In this document: in pieces, positions 30,119-40,583 of the stretch | Layout of the letters: the number at the start of each line of letters is the position of its first letter | Position numbering within the stretch: the first letter of the stretch is position 1 | Source: an uncultured Gemmatimonadota bacterium | GTDB lineage: Bacteria; JAAXHH01 | NCBI GenBank assembly: GCA_951812955.1 | Contig: OX638340.1 | Coordinates: 928,001-992,000, forward strand | Direction: 5' to 3' | DNA length: 64,000 nucleotides | Notes under the pieces: generated by a model | What the model was told of the DNA's origin: nothing | The model's database searches: none | Seen by the model: the letters and a program-made list of their open reading frames with translations, nothing else | Translations under genes and position numbers: made by a program

Positions 30119-31300
30119 ATGAGCGCGATAGGAACGCCGTTATCCCCTTCGGCGACCCGGGTTCTGATGTGCGGTTCGGGCGAGCTGGGCAAGGAAGTAG
30201 CCATCGAGTTTCAACGCCTCGGCGTCGAAGTGATCGCGGTGGACCGCTACCCCAACGCGCCGGCCATGCAGGTAGCCCACCGCTCCCATGTCGTGGATAT
30301 GCTGGACCCATCCGCCCTGCGCGCGGTGATCGAGAAAGAAAAACCGGATTATATCGTACCCGAAATAGAAGCCATTGCCACAGACGCCCTGGTGGACCTG
30401 GAATCGGAAGGCTTCAACGTCGTTCCCACCGCGCGGGCCGTACACCTTACGATGAACCGGGAGGGGATACGCAGGCTCGCCGCGGAGCAGCTCGGCCTTC
30501 CCACGTCGCCCTATCGCTTCGCCGGGACCAGCAATGAATACGATCGGGCGGTGAGAGAAATCGGGCTTCCCTGCGTGATCAAACCGGTCATGAGTTCCTC
30601 CGGTAAGGGACAGAGTACGGTCAGAGAAAGATCGGAAGTGTCCGGCGCCTGGCGGAGGGCGCACGACGAGACCCGCGGCGGCGCAGGCAAGGTGATCGTC
30701 GAGGGGTTCGTCGAATTCGACTACGAAATCACGCTGCTGACCGTTCGCCACGCGGGAGGCACGGGTTTCTGCCAGCCCATCGGGCACCAGCAGATCGACG
30801 GCGATTACAGGTACTCCTGGCAGCCCCAGCCCATGAGCGAAAGGGCGTGGGAACGCGCCAGGCGGACCGCGGAGAAGATAACCGAAGCTCTGGGCGGGTA
30901 CGGCGTCTTCGGCGTAGAACTGTTCGTCAAGGGCGACGACGTGGTTTTCAGCGAGGTGTCGCCCCGACCCCACGATACCGGCATGGTAACGCTCATTTCG
31001 CAGGATCTTTCCGAATTTGCCCTGCACGCGCGGGCAGTGCTGGGACTCCCGATCCCCGGGATCCGACAGCATGGTCCTTCCGCCTCGGCGGCGCTCGTCG
31101 TGGAAGGCGAGTCCAACCGGATGAAATTCGACAATCTCGGCGCCGCTGTCTCCCAGCCTGACACGGGCCTGTACCTATTCGGCAAGCCCGAAGTTTCTGG
31201 TCACCGGCGTCTCGGCGTATCCGTCGCCCGTGGACCCAACATCGAATCGGCCCGCGCGAAGGCGGTCCGGGCCATGGAAGCCGTTCGCGTCGTATTGTAA
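30119..31300 (+). CDS. purT: Formate-dependent phosphoribosylglycinamide formyltransferase PurT
   Basis: ATP-grasp PurT architecture ([17 protein letters not shown]...). Confidence 0.85.
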   Translation: MSAIGTPLSPSATRVLMCGSGELGKEVAIEFQRLGVEVIAVDRYPNAPAMQVAHRSHVVDMLDPSALRAVIEKEKPDYIVPEIEAIATDALVDLESEGFNVVPTARAVHLTMNREGIRRLAAEQLGLPTSPYRFAGTSNEYDRAVREIGLPCVIKPVMSSSGKGQSTVRERSEVSGAWRRAHDETRGGAGKVIVEGFVEFDYEITLLTVRHAGGTGFCQPIGHQQIDGDYRYSWQPQPMSERAWERARRTAEKITEALGGYGVFGVELFVKGDDVVFSEVSPRPHDTGMVTLISQDLSEFALHARAVLGLPIPGIRQHGPSASAALVVEGESNRMKFDNLGAAVSQPDTGLYLFGKPEVSGHRRLGVSVARGPNIESARAKAVRAMEAVRVVL

Positions 31301-31370
31301 CGCCCCGCGCGCATGATCAGTGGGAGAACGCCCGCCACCCGCGGCGCCTGCATCACCGGCGAAAGGAGGG

Positions 31371-32252
31371 ATGATGCAATCGCAGAAGGCAGATGAGATC
31401 AACGTGGACGACCGGGACTGGCGCGCGTTGACCCGGGGCGAGCGTATCCGGATGATCGAAGAGGAGGGCTATCTGATCATACCGGACTGGATCCCGCCCG
31501 GCTATCTGGCGGAACTGAAAGCGGAATGCAGAAAACTCGAAACGGTCGGACGGGACTACAGCGAAAAGCAACGGGGCTGCAGGGATCCCCACCTGAGCAG
31601 CCGGAAACTGGCCGAACTCATCGCCTACGAACCCACTGTCGCATTCCTGGAAGCGTTGTTCGGCGACCGACTCGTTTTTATTCACTATACCTACGACCGG
31701 TCCGAGCCCGGCACCCCTGGCATCAGTCTACATACCGACGGTCAGCCCTACGGATCCAAGATATTCGGTTACGAAGGGAGTTGTCCCATCACCGTGCGGG
31801 TACTCTACTATCTCGACGACCTGACGATGGACGTATCACCTTTCCGGGTGGTTCCAAGGTCCCATCTCTGCATGCACGCGGACGCCCATCCGTACAAAAG
31901 GTACGACGGGCATCCCGAAGAGGTCGTCGTACCGTGCACCGCGGGTTCGGCGCTGTTTCTCAACCACCGGACGTTTCACGGCACCCTGCCCAACAGGGGA
32001 AACCGCTCGCGCGCCATGCTTGCGGTGGCTTACCGACCGGCCTGGGCCGGTCCGATCGTGGACGTTGCGCCGCGGGACCCGGCTGACCTGGAACGGATGC
32101 CCGATTCCGTCCGTCCCTTCCTGGGCGACCCGAGCATGCGATCTTACGAGTTCGGTGTTGGCAACAAACCCGAGGGGATGTCGGCCGGCGCGCCGGGGAT
32201 GAACCCAAGCAGGTGGGAAAGCCCGCGTGAGGGACGCGCGCGGAAAGCGTAA
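31371..32252 (+). CDS. PhyH family Fe(II)/2OG dioxygenase
   Basis: PhyH-like core with the His-x-Asp...His triad context. An AGGAGG Shine-Dalgarno lies immediately upstream of the ATGATG start. Confidence 0.68.
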   Translation: MMQSQKADEINVDDRDWRALTRGERIRMIEEEGYLIIPDWIPPGYLAELKAECRKLETVGRDYSEKQRGCRDPHLSSRKLAELIAYEPTVAFLEALFGDRLVFIHYTYDRSEPGTPGISLHTDGQPYGSKIFGYEGSCPITVRVLYYLDDLTMDVSPFRVVPRSHLCMHADAHPYKRYDGHPEEVVVPCTAGSALFLNHRTFHGTLPNRGNRSRAMLAVAYRPAWAGPIVDVAPRDPADLERMPDSVRPFLGDPSMRSYEFGVGNKPEGMSAGAPGMNPSRWESPREGRARKA

Positions 32253-32394
32253 GCCCCGCATGAGGGACGCGTTGAGGGACGCGCGCGGGACGAGTGAGGG
32301 ATACGAACGCTAAAACGCGGTATCTTCGCGGACCAATCGGTTTTCAATCGGCCACATTATCTAAAGATCGACATGCAACCATAGGAGAAAGCAC

Positions 32395-33039
32395 ATGCCG
32401 AAGGCCCTGTTCGTCTGGGGTGGCTGGGAAGGACACGAACCCAGGCAGTCCCAGGACATCTTCGTCCCGCTGCTCGAGGCGGAAGGATACGAAATCGCGC
32501 AGCACGACTCGCTTGACGCCTACCTGGACGCCGAAGCCATGCCCACGTACGATCTCATCGTACAGACCGTGACCATGAGCACGATCACCGGCGCGCAGGA
32601 GAAAGCGCTCCTGGATACGGTCGCCGCCGGCGCCGGGTTCGGGGGATGGCACGGCGGCCAGGCGGACGCCTTCCGCAACAACACGAACTACCAGTACATG
32701 GTGGGAGGGCAGTGGGTGTCCCACCCCGGCGGTATCATCGACTACGAAGTCAACATCATCGATCACGAGGATCCCATCACGGCCGGGTTGAACGACTTCG
32801 CCATGCGCTCGGAGCAGTATTACATGCACGTCGATCCGGGCAACCAGGTGCTTGCGACCACGACCTTCAGCGGGGAACACGACGCGTGGATCGAGGGAAC
32901 CGTCATGCCCGCCGCATGGAAGAGACCGTGGGGAAAAGGCAAGGTATTCCACTGCACGCTGGGTCACGTCGCCGCCGATTTCCACGTGCCGGAAGCGCGG
33001 GAAATCGTCCGGCGCGGGCTGATCTGGTGCACCCGTTGA
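32395..33039 (+). CDS. ThuA-like protein with a type-1 glutamine-amidotransferase-like fold
   Basis: ThuA family length and motifs ([18 protein letters not shown]). Confidence 0.55.
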   Translation: MPKALFVWGGWEGHEPRQSQDIFVPLLEAEGYEIAQHDSLDAYLDAEAMPTYDLIVQTVTMSTITGAQEKALLDTVAAGAGFGGWHGGQADAFRNNTNYQYMVGGQWVSHPGGIIDYEVNIIDHEDPITAGLNDFAMRSEQYYMHVDPGNQVLATTTFSGEHDAWIEGTVMPAAWKRPWGKGKVFHCTLGHVAADFHVPEAREIVRRGLIWCTR

Positions 33040-33157
33040 TATTATTCTTTACTTTGTTGATTCAGATATATATATTATCGGGAACAGCACGGAGGATCAG
33101 GCTACTGATCGCAAACCGCAACTATCCCTACAGCAAGCCATTTGCAGGAGGAATGTC

Positions 33158-33790
33158 ATGGCGTTACGTTTAATGGACGAAGCCCCGGATTTCACAGCCG
33201 AAACCACCGAGGGAACGATTCGTTTTCACGAATGGCTCGGTGACAACTGGGGCATTCTCTTTTCCCATCCCGCGGATTATACGCCGGTCTGTACCACGGA
33301 ACTGGGTTACATGGCCAACATCGCGCACGAGTTCGCCAAACGCAATGTCAAGGTCCTGGCCATCAGCGTGGATCCCCTCGATTCCCATCGTGGCTGGATC
33401 GGCGACATCAACGAGACGCAGAACGCGAACGTAAGCTATCCGCTGATCGCGGACCCCGACCAGGAAGTCGCCCAGCTGTATGATATGATCCACCCGAACG
33501 CGAACGACAAGATGACCGTGCGGTCGGTATTCGTCATCGGGCCGGACAAGAAGATCAAGCTGATGCTGACCTACCCCGCGTCCACCGGCCGGAACTTCGA
33601 CGAGATCCTGCGGGTTGTGGATTCCCTGCAGTTGACGGCCAATCACAAGCTGGCCACGCCGGTGAACTGGACCAGTGGGGAAGACTGCATCATCGTGCCG
33701 GCAGTGACCGACGAAGAAGCGGACCAGACCTACTCCGACATCCGTCGCGTGAAGCCCTACCTGCGTTACGTGAAGCAGCCCCAGGACTGA
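33158..33790 (+). CDS. 1-Cys peroxiredoxin (Prx6 subfamily)
   Basis: DFTPVCTTE peroxidatic cysteine motif and Prx6-like length. Confidence 0.85.
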   Translation: MALRLMDEAPDFTAETTEGTIRFHEWLGDNWGILFSHPADYTPVCTTELGYMANIAHEFAKRNVKVLAISVDPLDSHRGWIGDINETQNANVSYPLIADPDQEVAQLYDMIHPNANDKMTVRSVFVIGPDKKIKLMLTYPASTGRNFDEILRVVDSLQLTANHKLATPVNWTSGEDCIIVPAVTDEEADQTYSDIRRVKPYLRYVKQPQD

Positions 33791-33821
33791 TTGCGGTCGA
33801 GAAGGGCCGTTGCAATACGAT

Positions 33822-33855
33822 AAAAGGCGCCTCAACCGGGGCGCCTTTTTTATTT
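33822..33855 (+). terminator. Rho-independent terminator: GC-rich hairpin (aaaaGGCGCC, loop, GGCGCCtttt) followed by a T-run
   Basis: Read from the sequence, 30 nt downstream of the peroxiredoxin stop. Confidence 0.6.
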
Positions 33856-33867
33856 GGTAATATATGC

Positions 33868-33896
33868 TTGACTGGCGCTCCGTTATCCCGTATGAT
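33868..33896 (+). promoter_or_regulatory. Near-consensus sigma70 promoter: TTGACT, 17-nt spacer, TATGAT, driving the SPFH gene
   Basis: Exact hexamers and spacing read from the sequence. A GGAGGG Shine-Dalgarno precedes the ATG at 33953. Confidence 0.5.
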
Positions 33897-33952
33897 ATCA
33901 TAATGATATTATTTTGTTACCCATCTTACCAGTGTTTCAAGGAGGGGAAGTA

Positions 33953-34855
33953 ATGATAACGGAACGAATACCGTTGAAATTCAACGGCTGGAGAGCGTTG
34001 GCCTGGCTGATCGTCCTGTTTCCTTTGACGATGGTTGCTATGGATTTGGTCATTACGTTCAACCCACCAGTTCTGGAGCAGGAAATGAGCGTCAGAGACA
34101 TTCTTCTGCTGGTGTTTTTCTTCATACCGGCGCTCGTCGCATTGGGATTTTGCTTCAAGGGATTCTTCACGCTGGAACCGAACGAAGCCAGTGTGCTAAC
34201 GCTGTTCGGCAAGTACACCGGAACGGTAAGGGAACAGGGATTCTGGTGGGTGAATCCCCTCAACGGCAAAAAGAAGATCTCCCTTCGAGCCAGAAATTTC
34301 GACAGTGAGCGATTGAAGGTGAACGACAAAAACGGCAACCCGATCGAAATCTCGGCCGTCGTGGTCTGGCGCGTGGAAGATACCGCCCAGGCGAGTTTCG
34401 AGGTGGACGATTTTATCGAATACATCCAGGTTCAGTCCGAATCGGCAATCCGCCATCTGGCCACCAGCTACCCGTACGATCTGACCGAGGGGGAGACCGC
34501 CAGCCTGAGGTCATCCATCGAAGAAGTTTCCGAAGCGCTCGGCAACGAAATACAGGAACGGGTCGGCGCGGCCGGAGTTTCGGTCACTGAGGCACGGATC
34601 AACCACCTGGCTTATGCCCCGGAAATCGCGCAGGTGATGCTGCAGCGGCAGCAGGCCGATGCCATCATCGCCGCCCGTCAGAAGATTGTGGACGGCGCGG
34701 TGGGCATGGTGGAAATGGCCCTTGAAAGACTCAAGGAACAGCAAGTGGTCGATCTGGATGAAGAACGCAAGGCGGCCATGGTGAGCAATCTTCTCACGGT
34801 GCTCTGCAGCGAATCGTCCACGCAGCCTATCGTCAATACCGGTTCGCTGTACTGA
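33953..34855 (+). CDS. SPFH/band-7 (stomatin/prohibitin-like) membrane protein with two N-terminal TM helices
   Basis: Two N-terminal TM helices followed by an SPFH domain and a coiled-coil-like C-terminal region. GC is markedly lower than the flanking genes. Confidence 0.7.
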   Translation: MITERIPLKFNGWRALAWLIVLFPLTMVAMDLVITFNPPVLEQEMSVRDILLLVFFFIPALVALGFCFKGFFTLEPNEASVLTLFGKYTGTVREQGFWWVNPLNGKKKISLRARNFDSERLKVNDKNGNPIEISAVVVWRVEDTAQASFEVDDFIEYIQVQSESAIRHLATSYPYDLTEGETASLRSSIEEVSEALGNEIQERVGAAGVSVTEARINHLAYAPEIAQVMLQRQQADAIIAARQKIVDGAVGMVEMALERLKEQQVVDLDEERKAAMVSNLLTVLCSESSTQPIVNTGSLY

Positions 34856-34893
34856 CGGGATCGACTGTTCTTTCAACGGTGGAAGCCCGAGGG

Positions 34894-34960
34894 CCTCAAA
34901 CGCGCGCCGGATCCCCCATCTCATGCCCGGATGCTCGGAGGCGGCGCGCAGCGTTTGAGG
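34894..34960. repeat. Imperfect inverted repeat (about 16-19-bp arms, about 33-nt loop) immediately downstream of the SPFH gene
   Basis: cctcaaacgcgcgccg ... cggcgcgcagcgtttgagg, read from the sequence. Confidence 0.6.
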
Positions 34961-34993
34961 AAATTGACGCGAGAATCCAGGTAACCTGTTATC

Positions 34994-35161
34994 GTGCCGG
35001 ATAAGAAGAAATCCCTGCTGTTGCGAATCAACACCGAGCTCTGGAATGACCTCAATGCCTGGGCGAAGGATGAATTGCGTAGCGTGAACGCGCAGATCGA
35101 GTATATTCTTCGGGAGGAAGTGCACAGACGGAAGAAACGACGGCGACGCGAGGAAGATTGA
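34994..35161 (+). CDS. 55-aa ribbon-helix-helix (Arc/MetJ-like) DNA-binding protein with a basic C-terminal tail
   Basis: GTG start. SLLLRINTELWNDLNAWAKDELRSVNAQIEYILREEV matches the Arc-type RHH pattern. Not in the ORF track (<60 aa). Confidence 0.45.
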   Translation: MPDKKKSLLLRINTELWNDLNAWAKDELRSVNAQIEYILREEVHRRKKRRRREED

Positions 35162-35241
35162 AGAGATCGAAACGTGTGCAGGTATACTTGTACGGGTGTT
35201 AATGTACACGCGTGGCCAAGCACGGGGTAGCTGTCATGGGT

Positions 35242-35289
35242 GGCGGACCGGCGGACCGGCGGACCGGCGGACCGGCGGACCGGCGAACC
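35242..35289. repeat. Octamer microsatellite (ggcggacc) x5 plus a variant copy
   Basis: Read from the sequence, between the RHH gene and the next PhyH gene. Confidence 0.9.
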
Positions 35290-35329
35290 GGCAAATCAGC
35301 GGTCGCGTATTTGATCCGGAGACATTGAA

Positions 35330-36190
35330 GTGGCGGTGGAAACGAACACGGACCTGGACCGATACGAGACTACGGGATTTGTGATTCTGAAGGGATTCTA
35401 TCCCGACACGGTCGTAGCGGCGGCCCGGGACGCCGCGGCCGAGCTCGTCGAACGGTTCGCGAAACGGCTTATGTCGTCGGGCACGGTCTCCCGGGATCAT
35501 GCCGAGGCATCGTTTGAAACGCGCCTGGCCCGGCTCTGTGAGGATGCCCCGGACGAAGCGCCCCACATATTTCGTAAGGAACTCCACCTGGCGGGTATGT
35601 ACGACGTGTTTTTCTACCCGCCCCTGCTCGATATCGTGGAATCCCTGATGGGCGAGGAACTTCGTCTTTATCCCAACTATTCCATCCGTCCCAAGCTGCC
35701 CGACCACGCCCCCACGCTCGTCCTCTGGCACCAGGACGGCGGGTATACCTACAAGGTCCACCGAGACGGGGACCACAGCGCGGAGACGGTCGATGCCCTG
35801 CGCATGATCAACGTATGGTCGCCGCTGGTCCCCGCCCGCGAGGACAACGGCTGCATGCAATTCATCCCCGGCACTCACCGAATCGGCATGGCCCGGCACG
35901 AAGACCGCGAATTCTACCTCGAGATATCGCAGGAGGACCTGGCGCCCTACGTGGACCAGGCCGTGTCCATCGAACTCGATCCGGGCGACATCGTCCTCTT
36001 CCACAACATGCTCTACCACCAGGGTCTGCCCAATCGCACCGACCAGGTAAGGTGGAGCATGGACTGGCGCTATCAGGACGCAAGGCAGTCCACGCTGCGC
36101 AGTACGCGGGGCCATCTTGCCCGCAGCCGCCAGTGTCCCGATGAGGTAGTACGTGACGCCAATGACTGGACCAGCCGTGTTTTTCAGTAG
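35330..36190 (+). CDS. PhyH family Fe(II)/2OG dioxygenase
   Basis: PhyH-like core (WHQDGGY...H...). GTG start with GGAG Shine-Dalgarno. The stop is followed by a 2x direct repeat of cggccgcgcagact. Confidence 0.72.
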   Translation: MAVETNTDLDRYETTGFVILKGFYPDTVVAAARDAAAELVERFAKRLMSSGTVSRDHAEASFETRLARLCEDAPDEAPHIFRKELHLAGMYDVFFYPPLLDIVESLMGEELRLYPNYSIRPKLPDHAPTLVLWHQDGGYTYKVHRDGDHSAETVDALRMINVWSPLVPAREDNGCMQFIPGTHRIGMARHEDREFYLEISQEDLAPYVDQAVSIELDPGDIVLFHNMLYHQGLPNRTDQVRWSMDWRYQDARQSTLRSTRGHLARSRQCPDEVVRDANDWTSRVFQ

Positions 36191-36313
36191 CAATCCGGCC
36201 GCGCAGACTTCGGCCGCGCAGACTCAGGCCGCCGAGGCCCTTTCTGGCGGCATGGCCACCCAATCCGTCCTCATCACCCAACCCGGCCCCATCGTCTTAT
36301 ACCGGTATTTCCT

Positions 36314-37564
36314 TTGATCCGTTTTCCAGATATACGGCTTGTCTTCCTTCGTGAACTCCGCGGCGCCCTGCGGGAACGTTCCATCGTCATCAACGTCGTG
36401 CTGGTTCCTTTGTTCATGTATCCTATCCTCCTGTGGATGGTCTACACGGGACTGTCCTTCGTCATCGGTCAGACGGAGAACTTCACGGCCCGGGTAATGA
36501 TCGCCGGCGACACCGAAGCGGGCGGGGCGCTCGTTCAAAAAATCAAAGCGGCGGATCGCGTTACAATCACCACCGTGGATACACCGCGTGACGCGATTCG
36601 CGACGGACGGCTGGATCTCCTGGTTGAACTCGCCCCCCGGGACGGTGGCTACGCGGATGACTTCGAGGTTCGGTTTACCGGTGATTCCTCCAAGGACCGG
36701 AGCCGGATCGCCACGAGTCGGGTCGAGGATCTGGTCACCCGGCACCGAACGGCCTATTTGGAAGCAGCTGGGAGGAACCGGGGACTGTCCGGCCCGGAAT
36801 ACCAGATGATCTGGATCGAACGGGAGAACATATCCTCCGAACGGGACATGGGAAGATTCATCCTCGGCATGGCGGTTCCCGTGCTGGTCATCATCATGGT
36901 GATCGTCGGCGGTATGTATCCCGCGCTGGACGCGACGGCAGGAGAAAGGGAACGGTCCACCTGGGAGACCACGCTGACGGCGGCGACGGATCGCGTGAAC
37001 GTCCTCGCGGGCAAGTACCTGTACGTGGCCGCCCTCTCCACAACGGCCGGCTTGCTGAATTTCGCGGCCATGAGCCTTTCCATGCGGACCCTCATGGCGC
37101 CGCTCCTGGGAGACCGTCTCGAAAGCGTGGCCTTTACGATCCCGTGGGCGTCCGTACCCCTGATCGTCGTCGTAACGGTACTGCTTGCCCTGTTCGTATC
37201 GGCGCTGCTCATGATTGTGGCCAGTTTCGCCCGAACTTTCAAAGACGCCCAGTCCCTGGCAGGTCCCTTCGTCACCGTCATGATCCTGGTACCCGCGGTC
37301 TTCATGCAGTTTCCCGGCCTGGAACTCACGACGTGGCTGGCCTGCGTGCCCATCATCAATGTCTGCCTGGTGTTCCGGGAAGCCATAGGCGGAGTCTATC
37401 AATGGCCCCAGATCGGCCTGACCCTGCTTATGGAAGGCCTGTACATCTGGATCGTTTTGCGGCTCGCTTCGGCGATCACCCGCTACGAAGACATCATGAC
37501 CGGCAGTTATGAAGGCGGCCTCACCGGTTTCCTGAAACACCGCCTCCTGCGCCGTACCTCCTGA
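36314..37564 (+). CDS. ABC-2 family exporter permease (NatB-like)
   Basis: Multi-TM ABC-2 permease architecture with a long extracytoplasmic loop after TM1. Confidence 0.68.
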   Translation: MIRFPDIRLVFLRELRGALRERSIVINVVLVPLFMYPILLWMVYTGLSFVIGQTENFTARVMIAGDTEAGGALVQKIKAADRVTITTVDTPRDAIRDGRLDLLVELAPRDGGYADDFEVRFTGDSSKDRSRIATSRVEDLVTRHRTAYLEAAGRNRGLSGPEYQMIWIERENISSERDMGRFILGMAVPVLVIIMVIVGGMYPALDATAGERERSTWETTLTAATDRVNVLAGKYLYVAALSTTAGLLNFAAMSLSMRTLMAPLLGDRLESVAFTIPWASVPLIVVVTVLLALFVSALLMIVASFARTFKDAQSLAGPFVTVMILVPAVFMQFPGLELTTWLACVPIINVCLVFREAIGGVYQWPQIGLTLLMEGLYIWIVLRLASAITRYEDIMTGSYEGGLTGFLKHRLLRRTS

Positions 37565-37578
37565 GAGGAACAACAACC

Positions 37579-38325
37579 GTGGCCGAACCCGTGTTCGTGA
37601 AGGACCTGACCAAGACCTACTACGATGAATCCCGCGGTCCCGTACACGCAGTAAGGCAGATCGGCTTTGACTGCCGCCCCGGCGAGATATTCGGGCTCCT
37701 CGGGGCTAACGGCGCCGGCAAGACCACTACCCTGCGCATGCTGACCACGATCCTCAAGCCCACCGCCGGCACCGCGAAGATCATGGGATACGACGTGGCG
37801 GAGGAACCCGTGGAGGTACGCCGACGCCTGGGGTTCTATTCGGCCACGACCGCATTGTATCCAAGGCTTTCCGCCAGGGAAACCATCGAGTTTTTTGCAC
37901 GGATCAACGGGTACCCCGCCTCCGGGACCCCTGCCCGGGTCGATGAGCTGATCGAACGATTCGGAATCGGAGAATATGCCCGCACCCGCATAGACAAACT
38001 CTCCAGCGGCATGAAGCAGAAAGTGGCGATCGCACGGACCGTGGCCCACGATCCGCCGATCCTGGTCTTCGACGAACCCACCGTCGGCCTGGACGTGCTC
38101 AATGCCCTGGAAATGCAGGGCATATTGGCCGAGTTGAAAGCGCAGGGGAAGACCATCCTGTTCTCTACCCATATCATGAGCGAAGCCGAGAAACTGTGCG
38201 ACCGGATTGCCATCATCCACGAGGGCCGGATCCTGGCCTGCGGCACCCTGGAATCGCTTCGTGAACGGACCGGGGCCCATTACCTGGAAGACGTTTTCGT
38301 CTCCTGCATCACAGAGGTCTCATGA
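37579..38325 (+). CDS. ABC transporter ATP-binding protein (NatA-like)
   Basis: Walker A GANGAGKTT, signature LSSGMKQKV, Walker B ILVFDEPT. Confidence 0.85.
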   Translation: MAEPVFVKDLTKTYYDESRGPVHAVRQIGFDCRPGEIFGLLGANGAGKTTTLRMLTTILKPTAGTAKIMGYDVAEEPVEVRRRLGFYSATTALYPRLSARETIEFFARINGYPASGTPARVDELIERFGIGEYARTRIDKLSSGMKQKVAIARTVAHDPPILVFDEPTVGLDVLNALEMQGILAELKAQGKTILFSTHIMSEAEKLCDRIAIIHEGRILACGTLESLRERTGAHYLEDVFVSCITEVS

Positions 38326-40454
38326 ACCGCGCGACGATCGGACTGCTGGTAAAACACGAAATGCGCATGCTCTTGCGGGACCGGCGGACCGTGGTGCTGA
38401 GTATTCTCCTGCCGCTCGTCGTTTTGCCGCTGATACTCTTCGGCTTCAAATTCATGAGCGAATGGCGCAGTGAGCAACTGGACGCAACGACGTATCGCTA
38501 TGCCGTGACCGGCGCCTATGCCGACTCGGTACGGGCACTCATAGGAAGGGGAGCGCGTCTCGCGGAAAAGGACGCGGAGGAAGGCCGGCAACCGGCCTCA
38601 TTCGTCGAGGTGGAGGTGGCCGAACCCGATTCGAGCCTATCCGCCGGCGACCTGGATTTCTACCTGGTAACCCAGACCGGCGCGGAGGCCGATTTGCTCG
38701 ATCTGGCTGTTGCGGGAACAGACTCGGCGATGCGCGCGGACGCGGAAATCGACCGGGCGGGTGAAGATATCGCCGACGTGACCGTGGCGGACGAGCGGTA
38801 TCCGGGCGTGCCCGTGGTCACGGTCTACTTTCGCGCCAACCGGGACGAATCCAGGACGGGCAGCGGCCTGCTGGTGGATCGCCTGGTGGACGCCAGGAAA
38901 CAGGACCGTACCGATGAGCTGCGCAGGCGGGGTTTCGCGGCGGATCCGGAGGAGGCCATAGAGCTTTCGAGGGTGGACGTGGCGACGCCGGAACAGGCAG
39001 CAGGATTCTATTTCGGACGTATCCTGCCGCTTTTTCTCGTATTCCTGACCCTAACCGGCGCTTCGGTGGCGGCCATGGACAGTGTCGCGGGGGAAAAGGA
39101 ACGCGGCTCCCTGGAAACCCTCCTGACCACTTCAGTCAGCCGGTTCGAAATCATTACCGCGAAGCAGTTGACGATCCTGTCGGTCGCGCTCTTCATCACC
39201 CTGGCCCAGGCCGGAAACCTTTTCGTCTATCTTGCCCTCGGATTCATCGAATTCTCCGCGGACCTGGAAATCGACGTGTCACCCGGCGCCGTGCTGGTAT
39301 TGCTTGCCCTTTACGTCCCCGTGGCCGTCGTGGTTTCGTCCCTGCTCCTCCTGGTGTCGGCCTATGCGAAGACTTACCGGGAGACGCAGCTGTACCTCCT
39401 GCCTGTTTTCTTCGGACTCATGATCCTGACGGCGGCGGGCCTGTTGCCGGGTGTTTCCCTCCGCTCGCTGATCGCCGTCGTTCCCGTAGCGAACGTCAGC
39501 GTGGCCGTACGTGAGATCATGGTCGGCCATTACGATATCCCCATGCTCCTGGTAACCTGTGCGGCCATGCTCGCAGCAGCCTTCATGATGCTCAGGTTGT
39601 CGTCGCGCATGCTGGGCATGGAAAGGCTCATCACCGCGCAGGACACGGACGCGGCGGATCTGGAGGGAGGCGCCGCGCTGTTTCCCAGGAGGGTGCTCCT
39701 GTGGTTTGTCGGCATGTGGGCGCTGATTATCATCGCGCCGGCGAACGTCGAGGCGTTGACGCGTCTGGAGGGACAGTGGGCCTTCAATATGTTCGTCATC
39801 TTTTTCGGCGGTTCTTTGCTCATGATCCGTTTACACCGGCTCGACTGGCGGCAGGCCCTGGCGCTCCGTCCGGTGCGTCCGCAGGTCTGGCTGGCGGTAC
39901 TCCTCCTGGTGCCTTCGACCTTGTTGACCGGTATCTTCATTGTAGGACTGTCCAGCGTATTCCTGCCCTTCCCGGAAGAAATGCTGGAGAAATTCGCCAG
40001 CCAACTCATTCCCGAAGACTTCCCGATGTGGCAGATCCTGCTCATGCTGGCCCTCACGCCCGGGATCGTGGAGGAAATGGCCTTCCGGGGACTGTTGCTT
40101 CACGGGCTTCACCGCCGGCTCAGGCCGCTGGCGCTCATCCTGGTGGTCGGCCTGATTTTCGGACTGTTTCACCAGGCCCTTTTCCGGATCATCCCCACGG
40201 CCTACCTGGGTATGGTGCTGACCGCCGTGGCCGTGCTCACGGGTTCGATCCTTCCGTGCATACTACTCCACGCCGGCAACAACGCCTTCGCCTTCCTGCT
40301 CTACCGTTCTGGTACCGAAGTCGAAAATTGGCCCCCGGAACTGCTCCTGTTGAACATCCCCGTTTTTGTGTTCGCGATCTATCTGCTGTATCGATATCGA
40401 ACGCCCTATCCTGGCCTGTTGCCCTTCCGGAAAAAGGTTCCTGAAGACGCGTAG
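38322..40454 (+). CDS. Fusion of an ABC-2 exporter permease with a C-terminal CPBP (CAAX protease / Abi) intramembrane metalloprotease domain
   Basis: N-terminal half resembles the upstream ABC-2 permease. The C-terminal half carries CPBP motifs EEMAFRG, FGLFH and HAGNNAF. A 4-nt overlap with the ATPase gene. Confidence 0.68.
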   Translation: MNRATIGLLVKHEMRMLLRDRRTVVLSILLPLVVLPLILFGFKFMSEWRSEQLDATTYRYAVTGAYADSVRALIGRGARLAEKDAEEGRQPASFVEVEVAEPDSSLSAGDLDFYLVTQTGAEADLLDLAVAGTDSAMRADAEIDRAGEDIADVTVADERYPGVPVVTVYFRANRDESRTGSGLLVDRLVDARKQDRTDELRRRGFAADPEEAIELSRVDVATPEQAAGFYFGRILPLFLVFLTLTGASVAAMDSVAGEKERGSLETLLTTSVSRFEIITAKQLTILSVALFITLAQAGNLFVYLALGFIEFSADLEIDVSPGAVLVLLALYVPVAVVVSSLLLLVSAYAKTYRETQLYLLPVFFGLMILTAAGLLPGVSLRSLIAVVPVANVSVAVREIMVGHYDIPMLLVTCAAMLAAAFMMLRLSSRMLGMERLITAQDTDAADLEGGAALFPRRVLLWFVGMWALIIIAPANVEALTRLEGQWAFNMFVIFFGGSLLMIRLHRLDWRQALALRPVRPQVWLAVLLLVPSTLLTGIFIVGLSSVFLPFPEEMLEKFASQLIPEDFPMWQILLMLALTPGIVEEMAFRGLLLHGLHRRLRPLALILVVGLIFGLFHQALFRIIPTAYLGMVLTAVAVLTGSILPCILLHAGNNAFAFLLYRSGTEVENWPPELLLLNIPVFVFAIYLLYRYRTPYPGLLPFRKKVPEDA

Positions 40455-40583
40455 GACGATCGCAAATCGCGATAGCCGATTGATATTGCCTCGCGTAGCC
40501 TGCAACCTTATATTGCGAACTGTTTTCCGGGAATCCCCGCGTAATCGCGCCTACTCTGGACTGCCGTTATATCCATTCCATAC

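Noticed and set aside
34511-35209. A 232-aa minus-strand ORF spanning the SPFH 3' end and the RHH ORF.
   Set aside because: It is antisense to a well-supported SPFH gene with a clear promoter and Shine-Dalgarno. Its composition is odd (S/I/L/P-rich) and there is no motif support.
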